Source: an uncultured Gammaproteobacteria bacterium (lineage in GTDB: Bacteria; Patescibacteriota; Microgenomatia; UBA1406; HO2-37-13b). Taken from it: a stretch of 64,000 nt of DNA. The stretch covers positions 323,058 through 387,057 of the forward strand of contig CAZTFB010000001.1 of the NCBI GenBank assembly GCA_964612595.1. Direction: 5' to 3'. The position numbers and the translations under genes were made by a program. Within the stretch, counting starts at the first letter, position 1, and every line of letters begins with the position of its first letter. Of this stretch, positions 56,301 to 64,000 are shown piece after piece. The notes beneath the pieces were generated by a model. That model was given only the letters and a program-made list of their open reading frames with translations. It had not been told where the DNA came from and did not search any database.

Positions 56301-57280
56301 ACCATCCATTTAGGTGAGATACCTGACTTCATAAAGGCTTCGATAAGTCGAGCCTTCTTAAGCATTTTTGTACGCTTATCACCTTTCTGCTTTGTTAATT
56401 TCTTAATTACATCACCGTATTCTTTTTTCAGATCGAATGAAGAAAGCACCTCTAAGAGCACTTCCGATCCCATTCCAACAACTAAGAAGTCGTCAGCACC
56501 AATCTCACGAAGGTACATATAGTCTTCCTCTTCAATGATGGACATTGGTGTTGTTGATTTAATCAACTTTTCCATTCTTTCATAGAAGATATCCTTTTCT
56601 GTTTTCTTTTCGTTGAACTGCTGTGTAAGACCAGCATATCTTTCTCTAAACTTAAACTCGATTTCATGAGCAATAAGTTCGAATTGATCTTTATTTTTTA
56701 CTTTCTTTTCTGACTCTTTTATAGTTTTTTCTTGATCAGCAACAACCTTTGCTTTTTCCATTTCATGCCACTTTTGCAGATCATCCATTTCTTTTTCGAA
56801 CGCCTCATGTACGATTTTGAGCGCCTTCTCTCGGCCTTCTTCACTCACATCTTTAATGAGGTAGAGAGCGTAATAGATTATTCTTTCCAAATTTGCTGCT
56901 GTAATACCCAGAAGAATACTGAGTGGTGAGGAAGCGCCTTTAAAATACCAAATATGTGCAATTGGCGTAGCAAGCTTAATGTGACCCATACGCTCGCGTC
57001 GTACAGCACTTGTTGTTATTTCAACACCACAACGATCACACACAATACCCTTGTAACGAATTCTTTTGTATTTACCACAATAACATTCATAATCCTTTGT
57101 TGGTCCAAAAATTCTTTCGTCAAAAAGACCGTCTTTCTCAGGTTTAAACGTTCTATAGTTAATAGTTTCTGGCTTTAATACTTCGCCAAATGACCAATCA
57201 ATAATGGTTTCAGGAGAAGCTAATGTTAACTTTAGTCCTGAAAAGTCGCCGATTGTAAAGTCTTGTGATGTTGTACTCAT
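53342..57280 (-). CDS. rpoC: DNA-directed RNA polymerase subunit beta-prime (acidic C-terminal tail)
   Basis: 1312-aa ORF with the catalytic NADFDGD and the zinc motif CYCGKYKRIRYKGIVCDRCG. Confidence 0.95.
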   Translation of the reverse strand: MSTTSQDFTIGDFSGLKLTLASPETIIDWSFGEVLKPETINYRTFKPEKDGLFDERIFGPTKDYECYCGKYKRIRYKGIVCDRCGVEITTSAVRRERMGHIKLATPIAHIWYFKGASSPLSILLGITAANLERIIYYALYLIKDVSEEGREKALKIVHEAFEKEMDDLQKWHEMEKAKVVADQEKTIKESEKKVKNKDQFELIAHEIEFKFRERYAGLTQQFNEKKTEKDIFYERMEKLIKSTTPMSIIEEEDYMYLREIGADDFLVVGMGSEVLLEVLSSFDLKKEYGDVIKKLTKQKGDKRTKMLKKARLIEAFMKSGISPKWMVMVVLPVIPPDLRPVVQLAGGKFATSDLNDFYRRVINRNNRLKHLIELGAPEIILRNEKRMLQEAVDSLIDLSKSRGSQRRVVRAKALKSLSDILKGKQGRFRQNLLGKRVDYSGRSVIIVGPELKLNQCGLPKEMAIELFKPFLLREIIIRGLAQNIKSAKNFLETKDPVIYDILEEITKNHPVMLNRAPTLHKLSILGFYPVLTDDYAIRLHPVVCQGYNADFDGDQMGVYVPLSKNSTEEIEQRMLPQHNFLKPSDGSPILVPNKEMALGCYYITTVDSHLDAQKENELKYYRNEEEALLSFTLRNLRIREPILVRIKGEMVRTTIGRILFNQQLPEEMRFRNEPVGLVDLKKIVVDAIKLFENDDQKTADLVDNLKQLGFWGATVSGGVSVSVFDCEIIKEKNELIAAADVKVREIEKNYFKGLITEEEKKRLSNNIWIETTEHMADKTWDQIDEENPVKIIIKSGGARASREQLKQLSAMKGLVIDPLGKIIEVPTKSNYREGLSVFEYITNARGARKGLIDSALKTADAGYLTRRLVDVSHDMIIREEECDTAEGLTVRKEGERGEKFNDRIRGKYVFKAVQGKDKKTILKKNDLIDEAAIQLLEKHGVDKIVVRSALYCTTEYGCCQKCYGIDWATNQIVNIGTPVGVLAAQSIGEPGTQLTMRVRHFGGIIIADVTQGLPRVEELFEVRTPKVLSPISDIAGKVSIQEDLDKDVFVIKVTSTDKTKEVREFLLPTNRKLKVKDGQLIPAGHSICEGYLNIKDVLSIKGLDEAQIYLLNEIQKVYESQGIAIHDKHFEVIIRKMSDKVIIDSEGDTKFIAGEVVSRYQFDRENRKILVQGGRPAIGRISILGITQAATYSDSWLSAASFQGTTSVLTQASLKGQIDNLVGLKENVIIGRLIPVTADLLDKYYGENLEAASETISAEGIAATPATFEEEVVEAMEEGPIADEASEEAEEDEAGNEEVSDDEQAVVEAVEE

Positions 57281-57282
57281 AA

Positions 57283-60200
57283 TTATTTGACTGGCTTAAC
57301 GTCTAATCCAAGTGCGTTCAATTCTTTAACAAGAACGTTAAATGACTCTGGAACTGCTGACTGTGGAATATCAACACCTTTAATAATGGCTTCGAATGCT
57401 TTGCGACGACCTTGTACGTCATCACTTTTAACAGTTAACATTTCTTGTAATGTGTATGGCATCTGATGACTCTCTAGTGCCCATACCTCCATCTCTCCAA
57501 ATCTTTGTCCACCCATTTGTGACTTACCACCAAGTGGCTGTTGTGTTACTAACGAGTATGGTCCTGTTGATCGTGCATGGAATTTATCCTCAATCATATG
57601 GACAAGCTTAAGAATATAACCAACGCCTACTAAGACTGGCTTCTCGTATACTAATCCTGTTCTACCATCGGTAAGTTTTACTTTGCCACTAATATCTAAG
57701 CCTGCTTTCTTAAGCTCTTGTTGTACGAACTGTTCGCTTAGTCTTTCGAACACTGGCATTGCATAAGCACCGCCATGTTTGTATGCTGCCCATGCAAGCA
57801 TAGTTTCATACAACTGACCAAGATTCATACGTGAAAGTACCGAGAGAGGTGAAAGCACAATATCTACGGGAGTGCCATCTTCCATATAGGGCATATCCTG
57901 CACAGGTAGAATCTTTGAAATAACACCTTTGTTTCCGTGTCTTCCAGCAAGCTTATCACCAACCTTGATTTTTCTGATTTGGGCAACTGTTACAATAATT
58001 CTTTTCAAAATACCAGGATCGAGTTCGTTAGGTTCATTTTTCGTGTCAATAATCTTTACATCGACAACAACACCTTTCTTACCATATGGCATGCGGAGTG
58101 AAGTATCTTTTACATCTTTTGCCTTTTCACCAAAGATTGCTCTTAGTAATCGCTCTTCAGCACTTAACTCTTTTTCGCCTTTTGGTGCAACCTTACCGAC
58201 CAAAATATCGCCCGCCTCGACTGAGGCACCAACAACAACCAGGCCAGTATCGTCAAGGTTTGCTAATATTTCTTCGCGAACGTTTGGAATATCGCGGGTT
58301 AGCTCTTCAGGACCAAGCTTTGTGTCGACGACATCGGCAATAAATTCTTCCATAACAGCTGAGGTTAAAAGATCCTCTTTTACAATGCGGTCTGAGATAA
58401 CAAATCCGTCTTCATATCCCAAACCATCAAGAGATGCATATGCGACAACAAGGTTTTGACCGACAGCAAGCTCTCCGTTGTTGGTTGATGGACCATCAAT
58501 CAACACATCGCCCTTTACGACTTTTTGACCAAGATTAACAAGTGGCTTTTGGTCGAAGACAACATCTTTATTTGTCCTCATATAGCGTTCAAGTTTATAT
58601 TCTTTCTTTTTTGATCCAGATTTAACGACAATTTTCTTTCCATCAACGTAATCAATCGTTCCATCCTCTTCTGCAACAACGGTTCTACCGAGAACACGTG
58701 CTACCGTCGACTCCATACCTGTTCCAACAAGTGGTGCTGCTGGACGTATAAGAGGTACTGCTTGGCACATCATATGACTTCCCATCAAAGCACGACTTGC
58801 ATCATCGTGTTGAAGAAATGGTATGAGCGCGGCAGCAAGTCCAAAGACTTGGCGTGGTGAAACATCAATATAGTCAACTTTGTCTGTACTTATCTCGGTC
58901 ATATCACCTAGATAGCGTGCAGTAATGCGCTCATCAGTGAAGTAACCACTCTCATCTATAGTGACGCCGTTGTGGGTAATATAGTATCTTTCTTCGTCAT
59001 CTGCCTGGAGATACACAACTTCATCAGTTACTTTTGCTCGTGTTTTGCTTCCCTTTTTTTCCTGTACAACTTTGCGATATGGCGTTTCGATAAAGCCAAA
59101 TCTGTTCACGCGCGCATACATAGCGAGATATGTGACGACACCAATGTTTGGACCTTCTGGAGACCTTACGGGACAAATACGACCATATTGGGATGATGAA
59201 ATATCACGAATTGAGAACGATGCGCGCTCTTTTGTAATACCTCCCGGGCCACCAACCGTTAGTCTCCTAAGATTATCTGCCTCTGAGAGTGGGTTTGTTT
59301 GGTCAACGATGGTCGAGAGCTGACTTGTTCTAAAGAATGAATTTGTTGCTGCGATGAGTGATTTACTATTGATGACTTGTGATGGCATAACTTCGCCATC
59401 AGCTGGCGTCATACTCATGCGTGATTTTATATCGCGCTCTGTGCGTACCATACCAACGCGCACTCCATACATACCGACCAATTCGCCAACAGTGCGCAGT
59501 CGTCGATTTGCAAGGTGATCAATGTCGTCAAACTCACCCTCACCATTCGTAAGCTTGACCAAATAGCTAATGATTTTTACTATATCTTCGAGATCCAATA
59601 CGAAGTTTTCCTCATACAAAGGCTTCTCCATATTAAATTTTTTATTCATCTTATAGCGACCGATGTCAGAAAGTGTATATCTACGATGGTTAAAGAAAAG
59701 ATTCTTGAATGTTTCGTATGCCGTTGATAATACCAAAGGCTCACCTGGACGAAGTTTCTTATATATTTCAAGCACCGCATCATCCTTACTCTTTGGACCA
59801 TCTTTCTCGAGAGTTGGCATAATGAATTTATTAACTAATTCTTTATCGGTACCTTTGAATAGTGAGAGGAGATCGTTATCATTAAGATCTTGGAGAGATC
59901 GAAGCAGTGAGGTTGCAAAGAATTTTCGCTTTTTGTTAATCTTTGCCTCAATAAGGTTATGCTTCGAAATTGTGAAGTCGAGCCAAGCACCAATATATGG
60001 TCGTACTTCAGCATTATATACGGTTGCGCCGGTAGTTTTATCAACTTCTGCTGTAAAGTAGACACCCGGAGCACGCACGATTTGACTAATCACGCCTCTT
60101 TGAATACCATTGATAATAAAGGTACCCATATCGGTCATCTTCGGAAGGTTAAAGAAATATACGTCTTGTGTTGTTTCTGTACCCTGCTTTTTATTTATGA

Positions 60201-60474
60201 GCTTTACCTTAACGTAGACAGGAAATTGGTAGGTGAGTTTCTTATCTATACACTCTTCTTCGGTAAAGCGAGGTTCACCATGCGAAACGCTAATAAGTTC
60301 AAGGCTAAAATTCTTTTTTGTGTAGTCTTCAATAGGAAAGAATTCGTGAAGTATTGATTCTAATTCATTATCTAGGAAATGCTTCCAGGAATTTTTTTGG
60401 ATCTCTATTAAGTCAAAATGACTTAAATCGTCTAACTTACCAACTGAAGTTCTTAATCTTTGAGATCCTTTCAT
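57283..60474 (-). CDS. rpoB: DNA-directed RNA polymerase subunit beta (compact, 1063 aa)
   Basis: 1063-aa ORF with GRHGNKGV, MNLGQ and GGQRFGEMEVWALE motifs. Confidence 0.95.
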   Translation of the reverse strand: MKGSQRLRTSVGKLDDLSHFDLIEIQKNSWKHFLDNELESILHEFFPIEDYTKKNFSLELISVSHGEPRFTEEECIDKKLTYQFPVYVKVKLINKKQGTETTQDVYFFNLPKMTDMGTFIINGIQRGVISQIVRAPGVYFTAEVDKTTGATVYNAEVRPYIGAWLDFTISKHNLIEAKINKKRKFFATSLLRSLQDLNDNDLLSLFKGTDKELVNKFIMPTLEKDGPKSKDDAVLEIYKKLRPGEPLVLSTAYETFKNLFFNHRRYTLSDIGRYKMNKKFNMEKPLYEENFVLDLEDIVKIISYLVKLTNGEGEFDDIDHLANRRLRTVGELVGMYGVRVGMVRTERDIKSRMSMTPADGEVMPSQVINSKSLIAATNSFFRTSQLSTIVDQTNPLSEADNLRRLTVGGPGGITKERASFSIRDISSSQYGRICPVRSPEGPNIGVVTYLAMYARVNRFGFIETPYRKVVQEKKGSKTRAKVTDEVVYLQADDEERYYITHNGVTIDESGYFTDERITARYLGDMTEISTDKVDYIDVSPRQVFGLAAALIPFLQHDDASRALMGSHMMCQAVPLIRPAAPLVGTGMESTVARVLGRTVVAEEDGTIDYVDGKKIVVKSGSKKKEYKLERYMRTNKDVVFDQKPLVNLGQKVVKGDVLIDGPSTNNGELAVGQNLVVAYASLDGLGYEDGFVISDRIVKEDLLTSAVMEEFIADVVDTKLGPEELTRDIPNVREEILANLDDTGLVVVGASVEAGDILVGKVAPKGEKELSAEERLLRAIFGEKAKDVKDTSLRMPYGKKGVVVDVKIIDTKNEPNELDPGILKRIIVTVAQIRKIKVGDKLAGRHGNKGVISKILPVQDMPYMEDGTPVDIVLSPLSVLSRMNLGQLYETMLAWAAYKHGGAYAMPVFERLSEQFVQQELKKAGLDISGKVKLTDGRTGLVYEKPVLVGVGYILKLVHMIEDKFHARSTGPYSLVTQQPLGGKSQMGGQRFGEMEVWALESHQMPYTLQEMLTVKSDDVQGRRKAFEAIIKGVDIPQSAVPESFNVLVKELNALGLDVKPVK

Positions 60475-60518
60475 TAGAAGTTTTATTCCAACAAATTTTA
60501 ACTATATATAACAAATAA

Positions 60519-60540
60519 CAAGGCCGCCACAACGGCCTTG
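60519..60540 (-). terminator. Terminator-like hairpin in the rpoB leader (ytxH terminator and/or rpoB attenuator)
   Basis: Minus-strand RNA reads CAAGGCCG-UUGUGG-CGGCCUUG followed by UUAUUUGUUAU. It lies 45 nt upstream of the rpoB ATG. Confidence 0.55.
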
Positions 60541-60592
60541 GTTTAATTATCCTCGGGCTTTTTAGAGATCAACTATCATTCGATGTAGTGGT

Positions 60593-60621
60593 ACTATACT
60601 AAACTACGTTCAGAAAGTCAA
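60593..60621 (-). promoter_or_regulatory. Consensus-like promoter for rpoB-rpoC-rpsL-rpsG-fusA
   Basis: Minus strand: TTGACT (60621-60616), 17-nt spacer, TATAGT (60598-60593). It lies immediately after the ytxH-like stop. Confidence 0.55.
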
Positions 60622-60624
60622 GCA

Positions 60625-60966
60625 TTACTTGAGCATTTTACCATCTTTTGCAAAATACTTTTCTACCTGCTTTTTAATCGGTAGTGTTGACTGAATTTTA
60701 TCTAGCACTTGTGTGATATCTGTTGCAATGCTTTTTACCTGTTTTACGGCAGTACCATCATCGTCTTTCAACATATTCTCGAGCTCGTGGATAAGATCGT
60801 TATCCATATTTTCGAGCGCATCTAAGATGCCTCTAAGTTTTTTTCTTCCTTCCCTAGTTCCCAGCATATAAAGAGCCGATGAACCAACGACTCCGCCCAT
60901 GACAAGGCCGAACATAAAACCTGTTTGATCGTTATGTTTTTTTGCGTTTATCATTTTTTTCTGCAA
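60625..60966 (-). CDS. YtxH-domain membrane-associated stress-type protein
   Basis: 113-aa ORF with a Gly-rich TM (GFMFGLVMGGVVGSSALYML) followed by GTREGRKKL and a helical tail. The start may be 60954. Confidence 0.65.
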   Translation of the reverse strand: MQKKMINAKKHNDQTGFMFGLVMGGVVGSSALYMLGTREGRKKLRGILDALENMDNDLIHELENMLKDDDGTAVKQVKSIATDITQVLDKIQSTLPIKKQVEKYFAKDGKMLK

Positions 60967-61201
60967 CTAACTCAAGTGCACGAAATATCTTCTTAAAACC
61001 TACCAGAAATCCAATTGCCTCGGAATACCCAGAGGTCATATTCATACCAAAGCTTTCGAGGTGTGACGTAAGTTGTGTCATTTTTTTGACTATAACGCGC
61101 ACATCTCTTAGAATAAGGATGAGCTGAATTCCTACAACGGTAAATATTACTGTTGTAACAGTAACCGCAGCCACGATAGCGATCTCGTTAATATCAAACA
61201 T
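60932..61201 (-). CDS. Small N-terminally anchored coiled-coil protein (DUF948-like by eye)
   Basis: The track ORF extends to 61474 but overlaps rmlD in antisense. The ATG at 61201 (MFDINEIAIVAAVTVTTVIFTVVGIQLILIL) lies 7 nt from a TACAAT box. Confidence 0.5.
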   Translation of the reverse strand: MFDINEIAIVAAVTVTTVIFTVVGIQLILILRDVRVIVKKMTQLTSHLESFGMNMTSGYSEAIGFLVGFKKIFRALELVAEKNDKRKKT

Positions 61202-61208
61202 ATCAAAG

Positions 61209-61218
61209 ATTGTACAAT
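61209..61218. promoter_or_regulatory. Perfect palindrome ATTGTACAAT containing overlapping divergent TACAAT -10 boxes
   Basis: Minus strand: TACAAT (61214-61209), 7 nt, ATG 61201. Plus strand: TACAAT (61213-61218), 8 nt, ATG 61227. Confidence 0.45.
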
Positions 61219-61226
61219 AAATGGAA

Positions 61227-62057
61227 ATGAAAATTGCGACAACAGGGATGTCAGGATTGGTGGGTACTCGTGTTAAAGAGCTACTTGATAATGAATTTGA
61301 TTTCATAGGAATTTCGCAAACTGAGATAGATATCACTATCAAATCTGATGTAGAGGCATATATGAGGACTATGGATGCAGACATATTGCTCCACCTTGCC
61401 GCATACACTAATGTAGATGCGTGTGAGGTAGAGCGAAAAACTGCCTGGGACGTAAATGTTGAAGGTACTCGCAACCTATTTGAGGCTGCAATGGCTAAGA
61501 ATATGAAGTTTATCTATATGTCCACAGGATTTGTATTTGATGGCGAATCCCCTCCTTTCTTCGAAAACTCCACACCTCGACCAATCTCTTATTATGGACT
61601 TACAAAGTATGAAGGTGAAAAAATTGTCGGAGAAAATGGCATGATTGTCCGCATAGACTACCCATATGGTAGCACTGTTGAACATAAAAAAGATGTCGTC
61701 TCATCACTTTTAGACGGTCTTCGAGAAAAAAAGCCTATTAAGGGAATAACTGATCAGTTTTTTACGCCAACATATATAGATGATATAGCTGAAGGTTTAA
61801 AACATCTTTTCAATCATTTTTCTCCTCAAATTATCCATCTAGTTGGTGCTGACAGCCTAAGTGGATACGATGTCATTAAAACCATCGGAAAGGTGTACGA
61901 TCTTGACACTGAATGGGTTGAGCAGACTACATACGATGCATTTTATAAAAATAAAGCGCGACGACCAAAAAACAATACAATAAAGTCATCTAACAACACA
62001 TTCCACCCAATGAGAACATTTAGAGAAGGGCTTGAGGATCTTAAATTGCGTTCATAA
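61227..62057 (+). CDS. rmlD: dTDP-4-dehydrorhamnose reductase (RmlD-type SDR)
   Basis: Track ORF from 61221 (MEMKIA...). It has a Rossmann TGMSGLVG and the YGLTKYEGE catalytic Y/K context. The start is probably 61227 (MKIATTG), because 61221 is only 2 nt from the -10 box. Confidence 0.75.
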   Translation: MKIATTGMSGLVGTRVKELLDNEFDFIGISQTEIDITIKSDVEAYMRTMDADILLHLAAYTNVDACEVERKTAWDVNVEGTRNLFEAAMAKNMKFIYMSTGFVFDGESPPFFENSTPRPISYYGLTKYEGEKIVGENGMIVRIDYPYGSTVEHKKDVVSSLLDGLREKKPIKGITDQFFTPTYIDDIAEGLKHLFNHFSPQIIHLVGADSLSGYDVIKTIGKVYDLDTEWVEQTTYDAFYKNKARRPKNNTIKSSNNTFHPMRTFREGLEDLKLRS

Positions 62058-62108
62058 ATTACTAGTACGCGTTGTTTTTTTACAAGCGATAGATTATCAT
62101 TTCAAACT

Positions 62109-63401
62109 ATGACAATCACTCTTGTTGGACATGGCTATGTTGGGTTGGTTTCTGCATGTGTGTTTGCCGATCTTGGAAACACGGTATTCGTCATCGGGAG
62201 AAACCAATCAAAGCTAGACAGGCTTCAATCGGGAGATCCCATCATATATGAGCCAGGACTGGAGGAACTTCTCAAAAAAAATCTTGCAGCACATCGATTA
62301 ATTTTTACCACCTCATATAACGAAGCTATTCCAAGCTCTGAAATAGTGATGATCGGCGTTGGAACGCCACCCACAGAAACAGGTGAAGCAGATCTGACAT
62401 CTGTGTTGGCCGTAGCCGAAGGTATTGGAAAAAATCTTGGTAGTCATTACACTGTAGTCTCATGCAAAAGCACAGTACCTGTCGGAACAAACAGAAAGAT
62501 TCAAGATGTCATCAATAAAGTGAAACCGGCTGGATCGTCTTTCGAAGTCGCATCCTGTCCTGAGTTTCTACGAGAGGGTTCTGCGCTCGCCGATACGTTT
62601 AGCCCAGATCGCATTATTATCGGCTCAGATTCACAGAAAGCCATTGATCTGCTACTCAAACTTCATGAACCCCTAGAAGGCGAGCGTGTTGTAGTAGGAC
62701 TCGAATCTGCGGAGATAATTAAGTATGCCTCAAACTCTATGCTCTCAACAAAAATATCCTTTGCAAATCTCATATCTTTTATATGTGATAAAACAGGGGC
62801 TGATGTTGAAGAAGTACTTCAAGGAGTAGGACTTGATAAAAGAATTGGTCGTATGTTTTTATATCCCGGTACAGGATATGGCGGAAGTTGTTTCCCGAAG
62901 GACGTACTTGCACTTATTAATACTGGTGAAGGTTTGGGTGTTGACATGTCGTTGCTCAAAGCTGTCGACGACATTAATAAAAAAGCACAGAAACAGTTTG
63001 CTCAGAAAATAATTAATAATGCGCCCGGAAAGAATGTTGGTGTCTGGGGACTTGCCTTTAAGCCCAATACCGATGATGTGCGCTTTGCTCCTGCAGTTAA
63101 TGTGTGTAAACTTCTTATCGAAAATGACTTTTCCATTACTGCCTATGATCCTGAAGGAATGGAGAATGCAAAAGAGATCCTTGGTAATACCATTGCCTAC
63201 GCCCAAAACCCTTTCGATGCAGCAAAAGATATGGATGCCCTTATTGTTTTTACGGAGTGGAATGAATTTAAACAAATAGATTTAAAGAGAGTCAAAGGAC
63301 TACTTAAAACCCCCTGTGTCTTTGACGGCAGAAACATGTATGATCCTGCACAAATGAAGGAGCTTGGTTATGACTATTATTCAATTGGAAGAAAGAAATA
63401 A
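62109..63401 (+). CDS. ugd: UDP-glucose 6-dehydrogenase
   Basis: 430-aa ORF with the N-terminal GHGYVGL Rossmann motif, the catalytic GYGGSCFPKD, and GLAFKPNTDD. Confidence 0.9.
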   Translation: MTITLVGHGYVGLVSACVFADLGNTVFVIGRNQSKLDRLQSGDPIIYEPGLEELLKKNLAAHRLIFTTSYNEAIPSSEIVMIGVGTPPTETGEADLTSVLAVAEGIGKNLGSHYTVVSCKSTVPVGTNRKIQDVINKVKPAGSSFEVASCPEFLREGSALADTFSPDRIIIGSDSQKAIDLLLKLHEPLEGERVVVGLESAEIIKYASNSMLSTKISFANLISFICDKTGADVEEVLQGVGLDKRIGRMFLYPGTGYGGSCFPKDVLALINTGEGLGVDMSLLKAVDDINKKAQKQFAQKIINNAPGKNVGVWGLAFKPNTDDVRFAPAVNVCKLLIENDFSITAYDPEGMENAKEILGNTIAYAQNPFDAAKDMDALIVFTEWNEFKQIDLKRVKGLLKTPCVFDGRNMYDPAQMKELGYDYYSIGRKK

Positions 63402-63406
63402 GGGGT

Positions 63407-64000
63407 ATGAAAACAGTTGTAGTGACCGGCGGTGCAGGGCTCATCGGCTCAGAGCTCACTGCACTATTACTTGAAAAAGGACACCGCGTTATTTGCCTCG
63501 ACAACTTTCTTACAGGCTCACACGATGCAGTTTCATCTTTTCAATCTTCGGATCGCTATACCCTTATTGAGCATGATGTCATCAAAACATTACCCCAACT
63601 CCCAGATCACATAGATTGGATCTTTCACCTTGCATCTCCTGCCTCACCAAATAGTCATAGCCCCATAAGTTATCATGCACTACCAATGGAAACTATGATG
63701 GTCAACACTGTTGGCACACATAATATGTTGAGGCTAGCCCACAGTCGTAACGCTCGATTCCTTTTTGCTTCAACTTCAGAAATTTATGGTGATCCTTTGG
63801 AGCATCCTCAAAATGAGTCCTATAATGGAAATGTGTCTACGACAGGGCCTCGCTCCATATATGATGAAGCGAAACGATTTGGTGAAACGCTCACTGCATA
63901 CTATACACGTGAGAAGAATCTCGATGGGAGAATTGTACGCATATTTAATACATATGGTCCAAATATGCGTTCTGACGATCAACGCATGCTCGTAAATTTC
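63407..64000 (+). CDS. UDP-glucuronate decarboxylase / NAD-dependent epimerase-dehydratase, N-terminal 198 codons (runs off the right edge)
   Basis: Not in the ORF track (no stop in window). The ATG at 63407 gives MKTVVVTGGAGLIGSELTALLLEKGHRVICLDNFLTGS...FASTSEIYGDP...YDEAKRFGE, an UXS-type extended SDR. Preceded by an AAGGGG SD-like element. Confidence 0.8.
   Translation, partial: MKTVVVTGGAGLIGSELTALLLEKGHRVICLDNFLTGSHDAVSSFQSSDRYTLIEHDVIKTLPQLPDHIDWIFHLASPASPNSHSPISYHALPMETMMVNTVGTHNMLRLAHSRNARFLFASTSEIYGDPLEHPQNESYNGNVSTTGPRSIYDEAKRFGETLTAYYTREKNLDGRIVRIFNTYGPNMRSDDQRMLVNF

Noticed and set aside
61202-61474. N-terminal 91 codons of the 180-aa minus-strand track ORF, overlapping the rmlD 5' region.
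   Set aside because: This part runs antisense through the well-supported rmlD N-terminus and translates to a featureless Ser/Thr-rich sequence. The ATG at 61201 gives a sensible TM-first protein and sits 7 nt from a TACAAT box.
1-64000. Alternative genetic code (UGA recoding, as in some CPR-related lineages).
   Set aside because: Well-conserved genes end at TGA at the expected lengths (ATPase at 34700-34702, sodA at 47014-47016). No conserved gene is interrupted by in-frame TGA. The standard code 11 fits.
1-64000. Search for tRNA, rRNA, CRISPR arrays, transposases/integrases, diversity-generating retroelements, toxin-antitoxin or defence islands.
   Set aside because: Apart from 1205-1716, the spacers are too short to hold such elements. 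I saw no T-loop/acceptor patterns, no regularly spaced repeats, and no reverse transcriptase, recombinase or nuclease-like ORFs. Absence is by eye only; tRNAscan-SE, Infernal and minced should confirm it.

Overview
AT-rich, very gene-dense bacterial chromosome segment: spacers are mostly 0-20 nt and many stops and starts overlap. It is dominated by the transcription/translation core. On the minus strand, from high to low coordinates: a DUF948-like/YtxH-like pair; rpoB-rpoC-rpsL-rpsG-fusA (60.5 to 50.3 kb); an 11-kb block of envelope and housekeeping genes (GT2, SOD, CAP, WecA-like, PEGA/SH3, obg, radA, GT-C); tuf-rpsJ; a DUF1599-like ORF plus a P-type ATPase; then one long unit rplC...rpsI (34.6 to 18.5 kb) containing secY, adk, map, infA, rpoA. 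The left part holds sufB/sufC behind a TrpR/YerC-like regulator, fba-pgk, two class A PBPs, alaS, nnrD, an SBP / large membrane protein / sortase operon, and VanW. The right edge holds rmlD-ugd-uxs. L30 is absent between rpsE and rplO. Together with the compact genes, this fits a CPR/Patescibacteria-type genome (inference only). I recognised no rRNA, tRNA, CRISPR, transposase, integrase or defence-type genes. I cannot point to one clear-cut novel multi-gene system. The most unusual content is regulatory and architectural. (1) A consensus promoter overlapping the ATPase stop codon feeds a terminator/antiterminator leader, with a near-leaderless 12-codon uORF, in front of rplC. (2) The ribosomal superoperon is rearranged: S19 is moved between S14 and S8, L33 is inserted between secY and adk, the ATPase and DUF1599 ORF sit between rpsJ and rplC, and fusA is split from tuf. 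(3) Adk is fused to a second P-loop kinase. (4) TATAAT boxes recur 6-9 nt from start codons, including two back-to-back overlapping -10 pairs, which suggests leaderless and bidirectional transcription units. (5) TrpR-operator-like ACTAGT palindromes lie upstream of the yerC-like/suf operon. All family calls are by-eye motif recognition on the ORF translations; no searches were run.
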